Counted from the stretch's first letter, positions 11,866 to 24,053 are shown. The stretch is 54,671 nt of DNA from Pelomyxa schiedti (GCA_020536535.1 JAHLWZ010000731.1:1-54671), one strand, 5' to 3'. Made by a program: numbers and translations. Notes: generated from the sequence alone by a model not told the origin.

Positions 11866-12097
11866 TTGTGGCCACGAAATGGTTTTTCTGGACAATGTTG
11901 TTGACCAACGAAGCCCAAACACAATCAAAGTCATCGATGCTGTGTCTGGCTTCCTTGTGTGCAAAATGATTGTCCAGGGTGGTGCTGTGGCTGAGGTTTC
12001 CTAATGAATCTCACTGCTTCTGGGAAACGCAATTGTGGGCTGTTGTCGCCTTGTAACTGACAACAACCCCAAGAAAAAAAAAAAGATCCTCACACAG
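11866..12097 (+). pseudogene. 3' end and downstream flank of a close paralog of the 50817-51950 gene
   Basis: High identity to about 51816-52047, including IKVIDAVSGFLVCKMIVQGGAVAEVS* and the 3' flank. Confidence 0.85.
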
Positions 12098-12146
12098 TAC
12101 ACATAAAAAAATAAGTCGATTGTGAAAGTGGCTTGTTTTGTTAGGC

Positions 12147-14130
12147 TCAGGTGACATTTGTAACATTGCAACCTCTCTTGGAGGCCATTTTTAAAACAAT
12201 GAACCCGGTTTCAGCATCATAGACCCCAATGTAGTCTTCAAAGCCGCCAGACTGAGGACACTTTACCACCATCCCCTGCCCAAAATACACACTGGTTCCA
12301 GGGGGCTGTCTGTGAGTGAAGAGCACCCTCGCCGGGACTTGGGGTAAAATACAAAAAACACTGGTTTCCTCTGTGACAACAAGAAACATGTGAACAATGT
12401 GTGTTGCCCACACTGTCGTGTTGCAGTGATTTTAGAAGACGTCACACTCCCAAACAGTGGGGGAATTGTCCTGACACCCAAACAAAGCTGCCGCACCCCC
12501 GTGATCGAGGCCACACCCTCCCCGTTTTTCTCCCTCCAACAAGAAAAGCATGGTCACACACGACGTTCAGAACGAAACCCAAAGTTTTTTTTGATGGGTT
12601 TTCGGCGTCTTGAAAAAAAATCGGTGCGTGACCAAAAAGGACGGCGGGTGCGCGGACGCACCAAAAATTCGATTTTGTGCGTCGTTTTTCTCGGCTATGG
12701 AGCCTTGGTGTGTCCTGGAAACACGCTCCCCGGGCAGGCCCATCGACGGTCTGCCTGGGCTGCGCACTTCCCGCCAACTTGGAGGCCCCAGTGTGGAGAA
12801 CCAGGCCCACGCACTTTTCACTTTTGGTGCGTCCACGCACCCACCAACAATCTCTGCGCTTTTCGCACACGCTGGTGCTTTTTCACGCACCACTGCGTCC
12901 CGTTTTCCTCAGAAAATTTTCATCATTTTGTTTTTGCAGCCTTGGAGTGGGGGCGGGTGGTTCGACGGCGGTTAATGGCATGGGTGGGTGTGGTTGGTCG
13001 GTGTTGCTGGCAACAGCTTGAGAATGAAATGCCAGTGTACATCGACTGTGGACAAATAACAAGGAAGTGTGCACTGTGACCCACCACTTTCAAACTGTGA
13101 CTCCCCACACACAACGGTCGTTTTGGCATTTTACCCCAAGTCCCGGTTCCACAACACTGAACACTGTGATGGCCACACATCCCAGTATCCCTGAGAGCGA
13201 CGAGACTGCAAAGTAAGGCCCACCAATTGCCTGTGGCTTTCCTTCGCACAACGCAGTCCACTGGCCAGTGCTCACGCACAGCAGCCCTGCTTGGTTGGCC
13301 TTGTGCCTTGATACAAGTGCGTATGCCATACCATCCCAACACAGCACACTTTCAATCTGGGCATTTCGATTGCGGTCAGCAACTGGAACGTTCCAATAAC
13401 TGTTCACCAGCGTCCTCTGCTCCAAAGTGGCATCCATGTCGACGAGCATTACTGTGTTGACCGCGGTGTACAATACAGCCAGCAAATGACCGCCCTCGTC
13501 ACAAGCCACCTTTTCCACAGGATTCGGCAGGGCTCTACCCTCCAACACTCTGTTAGAATCTGCTATCCCGCCCTTCCCAAAGTGCCAGAGTGACACCATT
13601 CCATTGTACATGACAGCAGCCCACCTCCTTGTCACACAGACTCCCTTGCATAACGGCTTGTATGAACTGAGCTTCACAGCAGCCGCCTGTCCCATAGTAT
13701 CAACCACGCTCAGCACCCTGAACAATGGAGCCCTGGACTCAACAATCCCGTATCTGTCAGCATCTTCCTCAGTGCTCTTGCTGTTGGTGTTTCTGTGGGT
13801 GATCGTGACCCACCCGTGGAACCTACAGGCTTGTGTGTCTCCAAGGAGGTCAACGACAAGGGCTTTTGGGTGGCCGACGAGGCCTAGCGTTGGCGAAACG
13901 CTGAACTTGACGAAATTATGGGTGTGGTGTGCGTCAACGAGGCCGACGACGAGGTTCCTGGCTGGGACCACGACCCATTCTTGGCCGATGAGTGACAACA
14001 AAGACGGCGTGAGGGCCGACACTGGGGCCCCGCAGCCACACCGTCCCACAATGACCCCGACGCTGAGAGCAATGAATTGACCGCGCGCGTGGGTTTGCTC
14101 CTTGATGGCGATTGTTGTGTCCATCACCAT
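12147..14130 (-). pseudogene. 'QFxAL...DA.SG' family gene split by a TIR element
   Basis: HARGQFIALSVGVIVGRCG...SVVEP at 14130-13143 resumes as ARVLFTH...GVYDAETGFIVLKM at 12335-12147 once the insertion is removed. Confidence 0.8.
12336..13142. mobile_element. Non-autonomous TIR DNA transposon (MITE-like), 807 bp
   Basis: Terminal inverted repeats GACTTGGGGTAAAAT / ATTTTACCCCAAGTC flanked by CCGG on both sides (12332-12335, 13143-13146); excision restores the host frame; no transposase motif seen. Confidence 0.9.
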
Positions 14131-14178
14131 CTGTTGGCAATCAGTAGAGGATAACCAACATTGTTTTAAGAGAACACG

Positions 14179-16427
14179 ATGAACGGCGGTACCGACGGCG
14201 CGGTACTGTCGGAACACAACCGCATTGTGGGTGTGTCCAAGTTGGTGTGGGAGTGGGTTGTGTTGCCAGGGTGGCTCACCGAAGCAACCAATCATGAGAC
14301 AAACGCGGTTCGTAATTTGTGTGTTCATTCATTCTGTTTCTATTTGTGTGTGTTCTTCTGTGCCCAAGTTACGTTGGCATTATGCGTTGTGGTTTTCAAG
14401 TGAAATAAAATATGCTGTTGCAGGTTACACTGTACAGTCTCGGTGGAGGATTGTTTCCACTGGTTCCTCGTGTGTGCTCGTTGATGCGTTCCATGTATCA
14501 GACAAACAAGTTGAGATACTTCAGGCTAAGGTGGGCGGCACAGTCTGGTGCAATTTCTTGTGTGAAGTGGATAATGGCACATGAGGGTGTGGACGCAGAT
14601 ATTACTTCTTCAGCACAAGTCCAAGAAGAAAGGTAACACTCACTGTTCTGTGATGAAAACTAAGGGTTGCATGTCAAAAAAAAAAAAACAGGAACGAGAA
14701 GGTGTGCCTGAATGCACTTGTTGGCCTTGTTCATGGTGGGCATGTTGACTTGGCTGCGAGGCTGGTTGGTTGTGAACCTGCAGTGTGTCAATGCTTGGGA
14801 GTGAGGTGGCCAGGATCACCAGGTTCACAAAAAGACGTGGATATGAGGGAGAGGATAAAGGGAAGCTCCAAGTTGAAGTCACTGCTGTGCAATTGCGTTG
14901 GAACACCAGTTGAGTCTGTGAGGTGGGTTTTTGATTGGTTGGGCATGAGGGAGCCATGGGAGTTTATGAACATCATTTTTGGGGCAATTGACGCTGGGAA
15001 TGCACCACTTGTGCAGTGGATTGTGACCACATTCAACCTGTCAGAAGTTTTAAGTGAAATGTACATGGGGATTTCTCTTCGTTTGGCTGAAGGGAAGTGC
15101 CCTGTGCTTCTCAAATGGTGGATTGAGAGTTTCTCGGTTCCACTGGGTGTGGATAAGGAACTCCTATTAGTGGAGCTTGTGTGCAACGAACACAGCACAG
15201 TGGAGCTGTGCCAGTGGGTGAAAAACCACCTGCACATCAGGGGAGATCTCATTAAGACAGCGATTGTACTGGCCAAGAATCCAATGACAATGAGGTGGGT
15301 GATTGAGGAAATCTCTGTCTGGCCAACTGCGTCTTGGCTAGACCACCTGTGTCTGAATACTGGTGACCTTGAACTCGTGAAGTGGGTGGTCACTGACAAG
15401 GGTGTACAACCAACAAAGAGCACTTTCTTGGCTGCATGTGATTCCAAGAAAGAAAATCTGGAACTTGTCAAGTGGTTGTCATCGAGGGTGGCACTCTCAC
15501 CAACCGATTTGCAAGTTGCACTTTGCAATGCCCTGTGCCGTTCCAATACTACAATTGCAGATTGGCTTGACAGTACCTTTGGAGTGATGAATACTGTGAA
15601 TTCCAAGCGAGGAGCTCCCTATTCCCTTCTGTCTTCTATTGGGATGAAGGTCGATAGCTTGCGATGGTTCATTCAACATGTAGATATCCCCCAACTACCA
15701 CCAGAAAGAGTGGAACAGATAATACTGAAGTACTGGACGGAAGGATCTTGCCTCTGGTTTGACGCAATTTTCCTGATGCTTGATGCCTTCCACATCTCAC
15801 TTCAGAACAACTCAGAGCTACGCCGAAACACCCTTCGTGCTACTCTCATGCATGGAACCCTCAAAGATTTGGTGCATTTGTAGTCGAAAGTGTCACTGTC
15901 AGTTGATGATGTTGTGCACTGCATTGCCGGCACTTCCAAAGTATCTTCAGTTTCATCCAGCAAGGTCATCAAGTGGATTGTGCACTTCGTGGGACTGGAA
16001 CGAATCAAGTCTGAGGCACTGTATACTCGACTGGTTGAGGGCAGTGTGTATTGGAACAAGACCCACTGTTTTATGTGGCTGATTGACACTCTTGATCTTC
16101 AGCTGAATGAGGTGCGACCACTTCCCCTCATCGTTTTCTTTCAATCACTCACTTGTTTCTACCAAGGTCCTTGTTGTATTCCCAAAAGCGAGCCGGAATC
16201 AACCAGACCTTTACATGTGGAAGAGACTGGTGAACAGGTTCCCATCGATTGACACTGAAACAGTGCGGAGCAAATGTATGAAAGTAATAGCACGCACACC
16301 TGCCATTGCGGAATGGGCCATGGCCAGGTTCTCACTCAGTTGGGGTGAAATTGCCACCTACAACTACTACTTGGACCTTGAAACACGTCTGTGGCGCAGA
16401 CAACGGGAGCCATCAGCAGGGTGTTGA
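14179..16427 (+). pseudogene. Ankyrin-like helical-repeat family protein with a premature TAG at 15881-15883
   Basis: Repeats such as GNAPLVQWIV, GDLELVKWVV, ENLELVKWL, SNTTIADWL; the paralog at 25504-27738 has Gln (LQSK) where this copy has TAG. Confidence 0.7.
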
Positions 16428-16471
16428 TTAACAAGGAACAAATAGTTATGGACGGGAGCACAGAAAAACAA

Positions 16472-17785
16472 CTAACTTTTCGATTGTAAGGAGGAGTGGG
16501 TGTTGGCAAAATCATTGTGGAATTTGTGATAGTCAAGAACCTCCATGTGAATCACAGCTGGAACTGAGGACGTGTCAATGCTGAGAACCTTGTAAACATT
16601 GTAACACGAGAGCAACACTTCATTCTCTCCTGGGAACTTGGTCCATTCTGGCTTGATAACAATTGCAAAGCCAACTCCAGAGTGCATGTGGAAGTGGATG
16701 ACTGTGTTCTTGTTCCATGGTGCTGTTTTTGAAGCAGAAGTGAAGCTCGGGATGTAGAATTCCTTCGTCCCCATTTGTTTGTAAGCCTCCAACTCCTTTG
16801 GGATCAAGTTAACACCTCTGTGAGCAACACCCTCAAAGCTCTTTCCAAACTTGCCAATCACGTATTTCAAGTCACGCACAAGCTTGCAGTGCTCTGTGAG
16901 TCCCTCAAGACTGTCGGATGCAAGTGCCAAGTTCAATTTTGAGCAGAGCCAACCGGGTCCTGATGTGTATTGCCAGAGGGTATCCTTGAGGTCTGGAACA
17001 TAGTTGATAAGACCAGTGCAGAGTTTGACATAGTTTGTCCCCTTTGTGCGTATCGGGAAGAACGAGATTGTTGTGCCAACTGTCTCAAACACAGTGTCAC
17101 CAGTGGGAGTCTTAGATGAAGGAACAGAGGGGGCAATAGCCTGCCATGTGGAACTCTGTGTTGTACAACTCCTGATTGCAATCAATAATACTGAAAAAAA
17201 GTAAATGGAAGCTTACCCCCCACAAAGGCGTCCTACCATGTGCACTGTGGAGTCCGCTGTAATGTAATAGTCTTCCACTCGGCGGCCGCGCTCCAGTTCT
17301 ACTCCACGGTAAATGAACCGTACGTCCGCTACATGTGGATCCAAGCCAGCCCCGACACAGCTTACCTCCCTCAATTTCTCGATGCTGGCCGATGAATTTA
17401 TGAATACCGCGTAGCTTTCTCCAGAAAGGCCCTTGATGATAAGTTGCATTTCTCCCTGCTTCCTAAGTTCGTTTTAGGTTTTGTTTCTTTTTGGTTAGAG
17501 GAACGTGGACAACGTTGCCATTATTAGTTTCACATACATGCACTCCAAAGATAAGTGGCTTCCATTTTTGACAGACTTGTAATACCCAAGTGGTTTGGCA
17601 TCGTCCAGGTGCCGGGTCCCAAACACCAGGCGCGGGCGGTACCACTCGTCGCTCTCTGGACGGCACATTGCCCTGCACTTGCTGACAACCTTCCCTGCCG
17701 AGTACGACGAAAACGCCACGACCCGTATGTTCTTGACTGGCCTGCCCGAATACGAACACACCTTGACGCTCAGTATCATCACCAT
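16472..17785 (-). CDS. Tandem ubiquitin-like domains (ending RLCGG) fused to an R-S-E class ADP-ribosyltransferase
   Basis: Exons 17785-17538, 17462-17217 and 17171-16472 join in frame (1194 nt); Ubl2 MQLIIKGLSG...RFIYRGVELE...STVHMVGRLCGG; ART motifs HRG, SFTSAS, GENEVLL. Confidence 0.8.
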
Positions 17786-18051
17786 TCTCTCTCGCCTTTG
17801 TGTTGTGACTTATGGTATTTTTTTTTTCCTTGCATGTTTTTGCTGTCGTGCGGTGTAGTGTCGCCATTTTGGTTGTGCCGTTTAAATGGTTTTTTATGTG
17901 AATGGTGATGACAGGTGGTAGAGACCATCTGCCACAAATAATGAATTTTTTTTGTTCCAACGGTGAAATGGTACTCGTTACGATTTCGAGGTGGAAGTTC
18001 GGCTAAAAGACTTGGTTCGTTTGGGTGCGGGCGCACCCTCTGGGCGGTCCT

Positions 18052-19372
18052 TCATTTTAGTGTACCCTCCACATAGATCCTATTATATGCAGAATAAATG
18101 TTTGGGTTTGGACGGAAGAGTGTTACCGGGAATTTAGCATGGAAGCTACTGTACCCTTTCGCCATCAGAAATGCCTGATAGGTTTTCCCCACCCGGGAAA
18201 AGTTATGGTGCCCATTGTAGTTGGAGCGGTCCATCTGGTTGAAATATCGGTACATGGCTGGCCCTCGCTTCTGGGAGAACTCACAGTGAAAAATAATTAG
18301 GGTCTGAATGAAGTAGTGAGTTATGTGTGGAAGAATTTTTCTAGTTATATATGTGCACATCCATATACCCGACTGGCGATGGCCTCAAGTTCCAGACCCC
18401 CAAACAGCAGTCTATGCAGTAGAACTCGGGCATCACTCTCAGGGGGGAGGTTGATTGCAGCAACGACATGGCCATCTCTATATTCATAATCGTACCGGCA
18501 GTCAAACACAAGCACTTGATCAACAAAAGCCCGGAAGTCACCTCTCAGCAGTGACGCCAGAGTACTTGTTTTGATCTGGTATTTGTCACTGACAAAGGAA
18601 ATTTAATGGGGGCATACACAGTCTGCTTCCACCTTTGGATATTGAACACGGGGTATAATATTAAACAGAGATGGGATGTACTCATCGACCCTGTGGTTTG
18701 AATGAGAAACAAACAGCAGTTTGGAAGAGTAGAGAGACACACCCGCCAAGCACTGCACAACAACTTCCAGCTCTTATGAGGTCACCCACATGTTCAAGAG
18801 TAGGAACTGGACGCCGTGGTTTTGGTTTCACGGGTGTCGAATATGACTCCGGCAATTGACTATCTTCTTCGCTACCGTGATACAGTCCCTCTACTAACGC
18901 GAGGCGGCTGCATGACTTAGGTTTTGTTGAAATGGGGGTTGTTGGAGATGTACATCTGCAAGTGGGGGAAGGAGTAGGAACTCCTAAAGGGGAACTCAAC
19001 TGCTGAGAATCAGGCCGTTCCAGGGGGGAGAAAGAGCCAGGTCGCGGAAGTGCTTCCGAATTACTCCTTGGTGGTGGTATCGGGCTTTCATCACCGACGG
19101 TGGGGGTGCTTGGTGGAGTAAGAAATGTGCGCGAAGGCACTCCTCTGTCCCACAAAGTGGGAGAAGTAGGTGGGGTAGTAAATTCTGTATTCTCCTCAGT
19201 AGAATTGGTATCAGGCGTAACAGAATTCCGGGATTCAGAAGCCTCGCGGCCAAGACTGTTTTGCCACCTCTCATAAGCGCCTGGCTCCAACATTGTGGGA
19301 ATAAAAGCACGATTTTGCGTGCTACTGTGGTAACTATTGCCAAAGCGTTGCTGTATATTACCGGATAGCATA
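18052..19372 (-). CDS. Hypothetical multi-exon protein with Pro/Ser/Thr-rich N-terminal region
   Basis: Long PST-rich frame at 19293-18745 followed by short GT-AG introns and further exons; no recognisable domain. Confidence 0.45.
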
Positions 19373-21081
19373 AGATAAATGAGAGACTTGAAACTTAACC
19401 CTTCGCTGGAAGAAAAGCAAAGAAAAGGAGGTTTCATTATATGTATTATTATTAATAATAATTTTAAAAAAAATAGAAGTAATACCCACATATTTAAATT
19501 AATGTAAGCATTATGTAATGGCATGAATAAGTGGGAAAAGGTACTCGTATGAATAAAGAGAATGATTTGAATGCCCGGCCTATAGAATCGTAATATTACG
19601 AGGAAAACAAACTTGCACTCTTCATAATGAGGCCGGGGGATTAGTTCGCGCTCGCGAGCAAAACAGAGACAACAACAAAATCGCAATTTTAAAGAGCCGT
19701 AAAAGCGATTCGTGGGTGTCGTATTTTCAAAAAAGGGCGTATTTCTATCACGGTTCTTTTCTTTATTTCTTACCGGGTAAGTTCGAGACACGCTTTTGGC
19801 AAAGTCTGTTTTTACGGCAACTTATGAACTTTTTTTTGTTTATTATTATTTTTATCAACTTTTGAAGAGTCAATATAAAGTGACAAAAAAAGAACAGCGC
19901 CATACGAGTTGGATTTTGAGTCATAAGAATTTAAGCTAAACAAGATTTGACAAGGGGTTGATGTGTTGCACAGCAGGAAATATTATCTGAACAGTACAAA
20001 ACGAGATACAACAAAAAAGTCACTATTTTAGGAAAGCTCCTTAAAAAATGAAAACAACCTTTCAACTTCTTGATGGTGTGGCCTTGACACCAGCCGAGAT
20101 AATGAGCTGCTCAAACTCTGAGAAAGATATGACCCCTTCAATTAATTAGAAGAGGTCATAAAGAAAAAACGGTCCGTACCATCTTTATTCGTATCACATT
20201 CTGCAAACAACTTCTTGCTCTTCGCTTTTGGCATATCTACATGGCAAATTTCACCAACATCCTGAAATACGAATGTTAGTGTCCACGTTACTTCAAACTA
20301 TATGTCATTTATGCCAGAATAAAATAAAGGAAAGTAAATTTCTTCATGTGTAACCCAATTCAAATCAAAAAAGCGGTACCCTCAAGAATCTCTTTGCTTC
20401 CTTCCACTCCAACTTCCCGTTGTGGTTTTCATCATACTTATCGAACAGGACCTGCATCCCCGTTTAAACGCACACGCTTCGGCACACATAGTAAATCTTT
20501 ATTTTATTTTATTTTAATTCTAGTTCTAGTTCTTTTACTTTGTGTGAGATAACTTAGTGTCAGTGTAAAGGCGGTGCAAGTTAAAAGGCACACGACGCAT
20601 TCCAGTACAAATCCAAGAAAACGCAGAACATTATAATATGACGGGACGACGATATATAACGCAGCGTACCTTTACGCGAGAGAGGAAATACTCTGGGCCC
20701 ATGCAATTGATGGACGCCACGTCGTTCTCGAGCTCCTTGCGTGCCATCGCGCGTTGTTCCGCGTTACCCATCTCTCACTCTTTCACTCACAACTCAATAA
20801 TAATTAATTTCTACACTCACGTTCTTCCCTTGCTCCCCTTTTGGAAAGCTTGTGTTGGCTGCTCAATCGAAACGATCAACGGTAATTAAATGCCTTTTTC
20901 CCCGCAACTACCGTAACCCGTAACGTCAAAATTGTTTGTTCAAAGAATTTGATCAGAAGGGTTGCTTACTTCCTCCATTTGATGACTGCGTCCCCAATGA
21001 CCAGGAATTGGGTAGTGTCTAGTGGCAGTCCATTCTGTGCAATGCATCTTTCACTGAAAGAGACAAACGTCGAGGTTTGTG

Positions 21082-22269
21082 ATGGGTTCTAACGTCGGAA
21101 AGACTCGTTCCTCGTCTTCTGGTGTTGAACGCCAACAAACAACATGTTCCTCTCCACGGGGAGGCCAACTGGACGTCCACAGCCAAACCGACGCGCGGGA
21201 CCAGTTCGTGGCTCTGGCCACCGGCGTCATTGTGGGACGCTGCGGCGCTCACAGTGCCCTGAGGGCCCTCACGCCCCATCAAGTGTCCCAATTCGGTCGA
21301 GACTGGGTCGTTCACCCATCACTGCACGTGTCCCTCGACCTCGGAATCAGGCTCTCCCGTGGCCACGACTCTGTGAGGGTCGTTTTCGCCGTTTCACCGA
21401 CCCTTGGGCTTGTGAATCACCCAGTCGTTGTGCAGCTCTACGGGAGGTTCCACGGGTGGGTCGGGCCGGTTTCCGCCGGTCACGGGTTTGCTCTCATGAC
21501 ACTGCGTGAGGAAGGTGACTGCCTTGAGGATTCACTGTGCGTGGTGGAACGCCCTTGGCGCGGTGTCAATCCGCTGCGCGCGTGCGAGGGTGTTGTGCAG
21601 TGGGCCAACAGCAGGAGGTGGCTGGCCACTGTGAGCTATGTGAGTCACGTTGGGTATCAGATGGAGCTGTGGAATTTTGACCGGGTTGAAATCGCTGTGG
21701 TGCCAAAGGGGGACGAGGCGATCCCTTTTCCGCGTGAGGTTGCCAGAATGCAATTTGCGAGGCATGCTGCTGATTCACTGCTTATCAGCAAAGGTGACGG
21801 AAAAATCCAGGTGATTGACATGGCAGCCACTTGGGAGCAGAAAAGGATAGTGGCGACGAGGGAGTTTGGTCCTTTCTACAACCTGGTGAATCCAATGTGC
21901 TGGAATGGAATGACGTACATGGTAACTGACAGAACCGAGGGTTCCATTGTGTGCCTCACCACTGGAGAGAGATTCGAGTTCAGTGGATGCATTAGCCTGA
22001 GCTTCATTGGCGGCCCATACTTTGTGGTGAAGAGAACCACTGATGGTTGTGATATAAGCGAGGTTCACAGTGTTGTGGAACAAACGAGGGTGTTCTGCAG
22101 TCACAGTGCCGAGAGATTTGGCACAATTCAGGTTGGGCAGGAGGTTGTGGCCAGGGAACCAGGAGGCTTCACAAACCCAAATGATATTGAGGTAATTGAT
22201 TCTGTGTCTGGCTTCGTTATCTTCAAAATGTCTAATCAACAGCGGTACTATGTTCTGCTAGTCTCATGA
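21082..22269 (+). CDS. Lineage-specific family protein (N-terminal 'ARDQFVAL..GRCG' box + beta-rich domain)
   Basis: Intronless ORF; shares VSPTLGL, NSRRW, IGGPYF and IEVIDSVSGF motifs with other copies in the window. Confidence 0.85.
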   Translation: MGSNVGKTRSSSSGVERQQTTCSSPRGGQLDVHSQTDARDQFVALATGVIVGRCGAHSALRALTPHQVSQFGRDWVVHPSLHVSLDLGIRLSRGHDSVRVVFAVSPTLGLVNHPVVVQLYGRFHGWVGPVSAGHGFALMTLREEGDCLEDSLCVVERPWRGVNPLRACEGVVQWANSRRWLATVSYVSHVGYQMELWNFDRVEIAVVPKGDEAIPFPREVARMQFARHAADSLLISKGDGKIQVIDMAATWEQKRIVATREFGPFYNLVNPMCWNGMTYMVTDRTEGSIVCLTTGERFEFSGCISLSFIGGPYFVVKRTTDGCDISEVHSVVEQTRVFCSHSAERFGTIQVGQEVVAREPGGFTNPNDIEVIDSVSGFVIFKMSNQQRYYVLLVS

Positions 22270-22556
22270 CACAGCCCACTCAGCCAGTCTGGCCCAAGGA
22301 AACAACCCATAATCCAACCTTTCCAATTCTCCCTGTGAAAAAAGGACACAACCGAGAAGTCATTTTTTTGAGTTCTCAGGAGAAGTTCTTGGGGAGAAAA
22401 ATCTCTGTCTCCCGAGTGCTGCCAACGGTAGCCCATAGCCACCTGTCACGTAGAGGTTGGAGAGTAATTCTTATGAACTCCAAAGGCTATTTTTGCAGGG
22501 ACACCCAGGTCTTTTTATCAATCATCAGAAAACCCAACCAAAAAAATCCCCCGACG

Positions 22557-23807
22557 ATGCATCGCTTGCAAGCAAGCGACGTAACCATCGACCGTGTTAT
22601 AGACGCGCGTGCCCAATTCATCGCGCTCTCGCTTGCCATGTGCCCCCCTCAACTACCAAGACGAAAACCCTGGTCCCGAAAACCAGCCACCACAACAACC
22701 ACGACTACCCCCGCGGCACCACATCCGCCGACGGCCGCCGCAGCAACCCCAAATTGTGGGACACTGGTGACCCACGACGTCGTGAGGCTCATTGGCCAGA
22801 AGTGGATTCTGAAGCCAGAGCGGACCTTCATTCTGAACAGCGGGGTGTTCTGGTCCTCGGTGGTGACCATCGGCGCCACCCTGGGCGTCATCAGCACGCA
22901 GGCAACCGACGCGTGGACCAAGAACCACCACAATCTGTGCTGGCTGGGCACCGACAGGATCCTGGCGTTCACGCTCGACCCGTTTGGGCAACAGGAGAGC
23001 CAGTACCGCATCATGGACGTCAGTCCTGGGTCTGATTTCAGGGAAAGAACCTTCCAGGGGCCGGTGTACACTCCTTCAAAGTGGTTTGGAGGCAAAAGGT
23101 GGGTCCTAGCATGGAGGGTTGGGGAGCTATTCATTCGAAGGGCTGTGATTGAAGAGAAGAAGGAAGGAGGCCATTCAACAACACCAGCAGAAAAGTCATC
23201 CACTTTGATTCCTATTCCATCATCCAGCCTCATGCCTTTGGATGTTGTGTTCTCCAACACTGAGCCTTCTCTCATTGGGAATGACAACGAGGCCTCAATA
23301 TTGGAGACGTTCAACTGCAACCAGAAGCTTATGACCGTCGACCTGGAGAAGAGCTTCTTGACTTCCACTCTGGTGGTGGTGAAGACCCTGACTTGCAGCA
23401 CACCCCCTGGCACCTTCTGCAACGACATGCTTTTCATGGATGAGAAAACCGGGGAGTCAAGGGTAGTGTACCAGGGTTCCAACAACAAAGCGAGGCAGAC
23501 CGCAACCTCGATGAGCATCAACACAGGGGAGACCACATTCCTGTCAGATACATGCCAGTTTGTCATCCCAGGGAACGAGAAGTATGTCAGGCTTGACGGG
23601 GTTCCATACAATGTGTTCACAGGACAAGTGTGCCCCCATTCCTCGAGTGACCTGTTGCAGACACTCCTGGACCGCGGCTTGTTGATATCTGCTTCCTCAC
23701 CAGGGGTTCCACCATCATCATCATCCAGGAGGAGGTCAGTCATCGATGCGGACACAGGCTGCGTCGTGTGCCATTGCCCAGTTCAGTCAAGGACATCATT
23801 CCTCTAG
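22557..23807 (+). CDS. Divergent member of the same family
   Basis: DARAQFIALSL...IGQKWIL, GATLGVI, GKRWV and C-terminal VIDADTGCVV. Confidence 0.8.
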   Translation: MHRLQASDVTIDRVIDARAQFIALSLAMCPPQLPRRKPWSRKPATTTTTTTPAAPHPPTAAAATPNCGTLVTHDVVRLIGQKWILKPERTFILNSGVFWSSVVTIGATLGVISTQATDAWTKNHHNLCWLGTDRILAFTLDPFGQQESQYRIMDVSPGSDFRERTFQGPVYTPSKWFGGKRWVLAWRVGELFIRRAVIEEKKEGGHSTTPAEKSSTLIPIPSSSLMPLDVVFSNTEPSLIGNDNEASILETFNCNQKLMTVDLEKSFLTSTLVVVKTLTCSTPPGTFCNDMLFMDEKTGESRVVYQGSNNKARQTATSMSINTGETTFLSDTCQFVIPGNEKYVRLDGVPYNVFTGQVCPHSSSDLLQTLLDRGLLISASSPGVPPSSSSRRRSVIDADTGCVVCHCPVQSRTSFL

Positions 23808-24053
23808 TTGGACCCACAACTCAGTTTTCGTTGTTTTTCCTGTTGAAAAAAGAGAGCCTTTTGATTATGCAAGTGGGCAGAACAGATGAGGTTCGGGTGT
23901 GCAAGTTGTTGTCCGCGAGGGGAGGCCTGGTGGTACCCATCCATGCTCAAACCACCATGTTATCCTTTACGGGCACTTCTTCTGCACTCACCCTCAAGCT
24001 CTCTTCTCGGGTTTTTTTTCAACAAACAATACTCCATGTCGCCTTTCTTGTCT

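Noticed and set aside
12390-13079. 229-aa ORF inside the TIR element as a transposase
   Set aside because: No DDE or DNA-binding motifs; overlapping GC-rich frames look spurious
14788-15606. Long antisense ORFs (also 22649-23755 and the 50451 extension)
   Set aside because: Shadows of real genes on the opposite strand
17150-17220. GSCTT at the Ubl-ART junction as a cryptic myristoylation site
   Set aside because: DUB cleavage after GG would expose Ser, not Gly
18052-18541. Harbinger/ISL2EU-type transposase (IDC, YNGHH motifs)
   Set aside because: No DxGF/Y or RxxVE motifs and no TIRs
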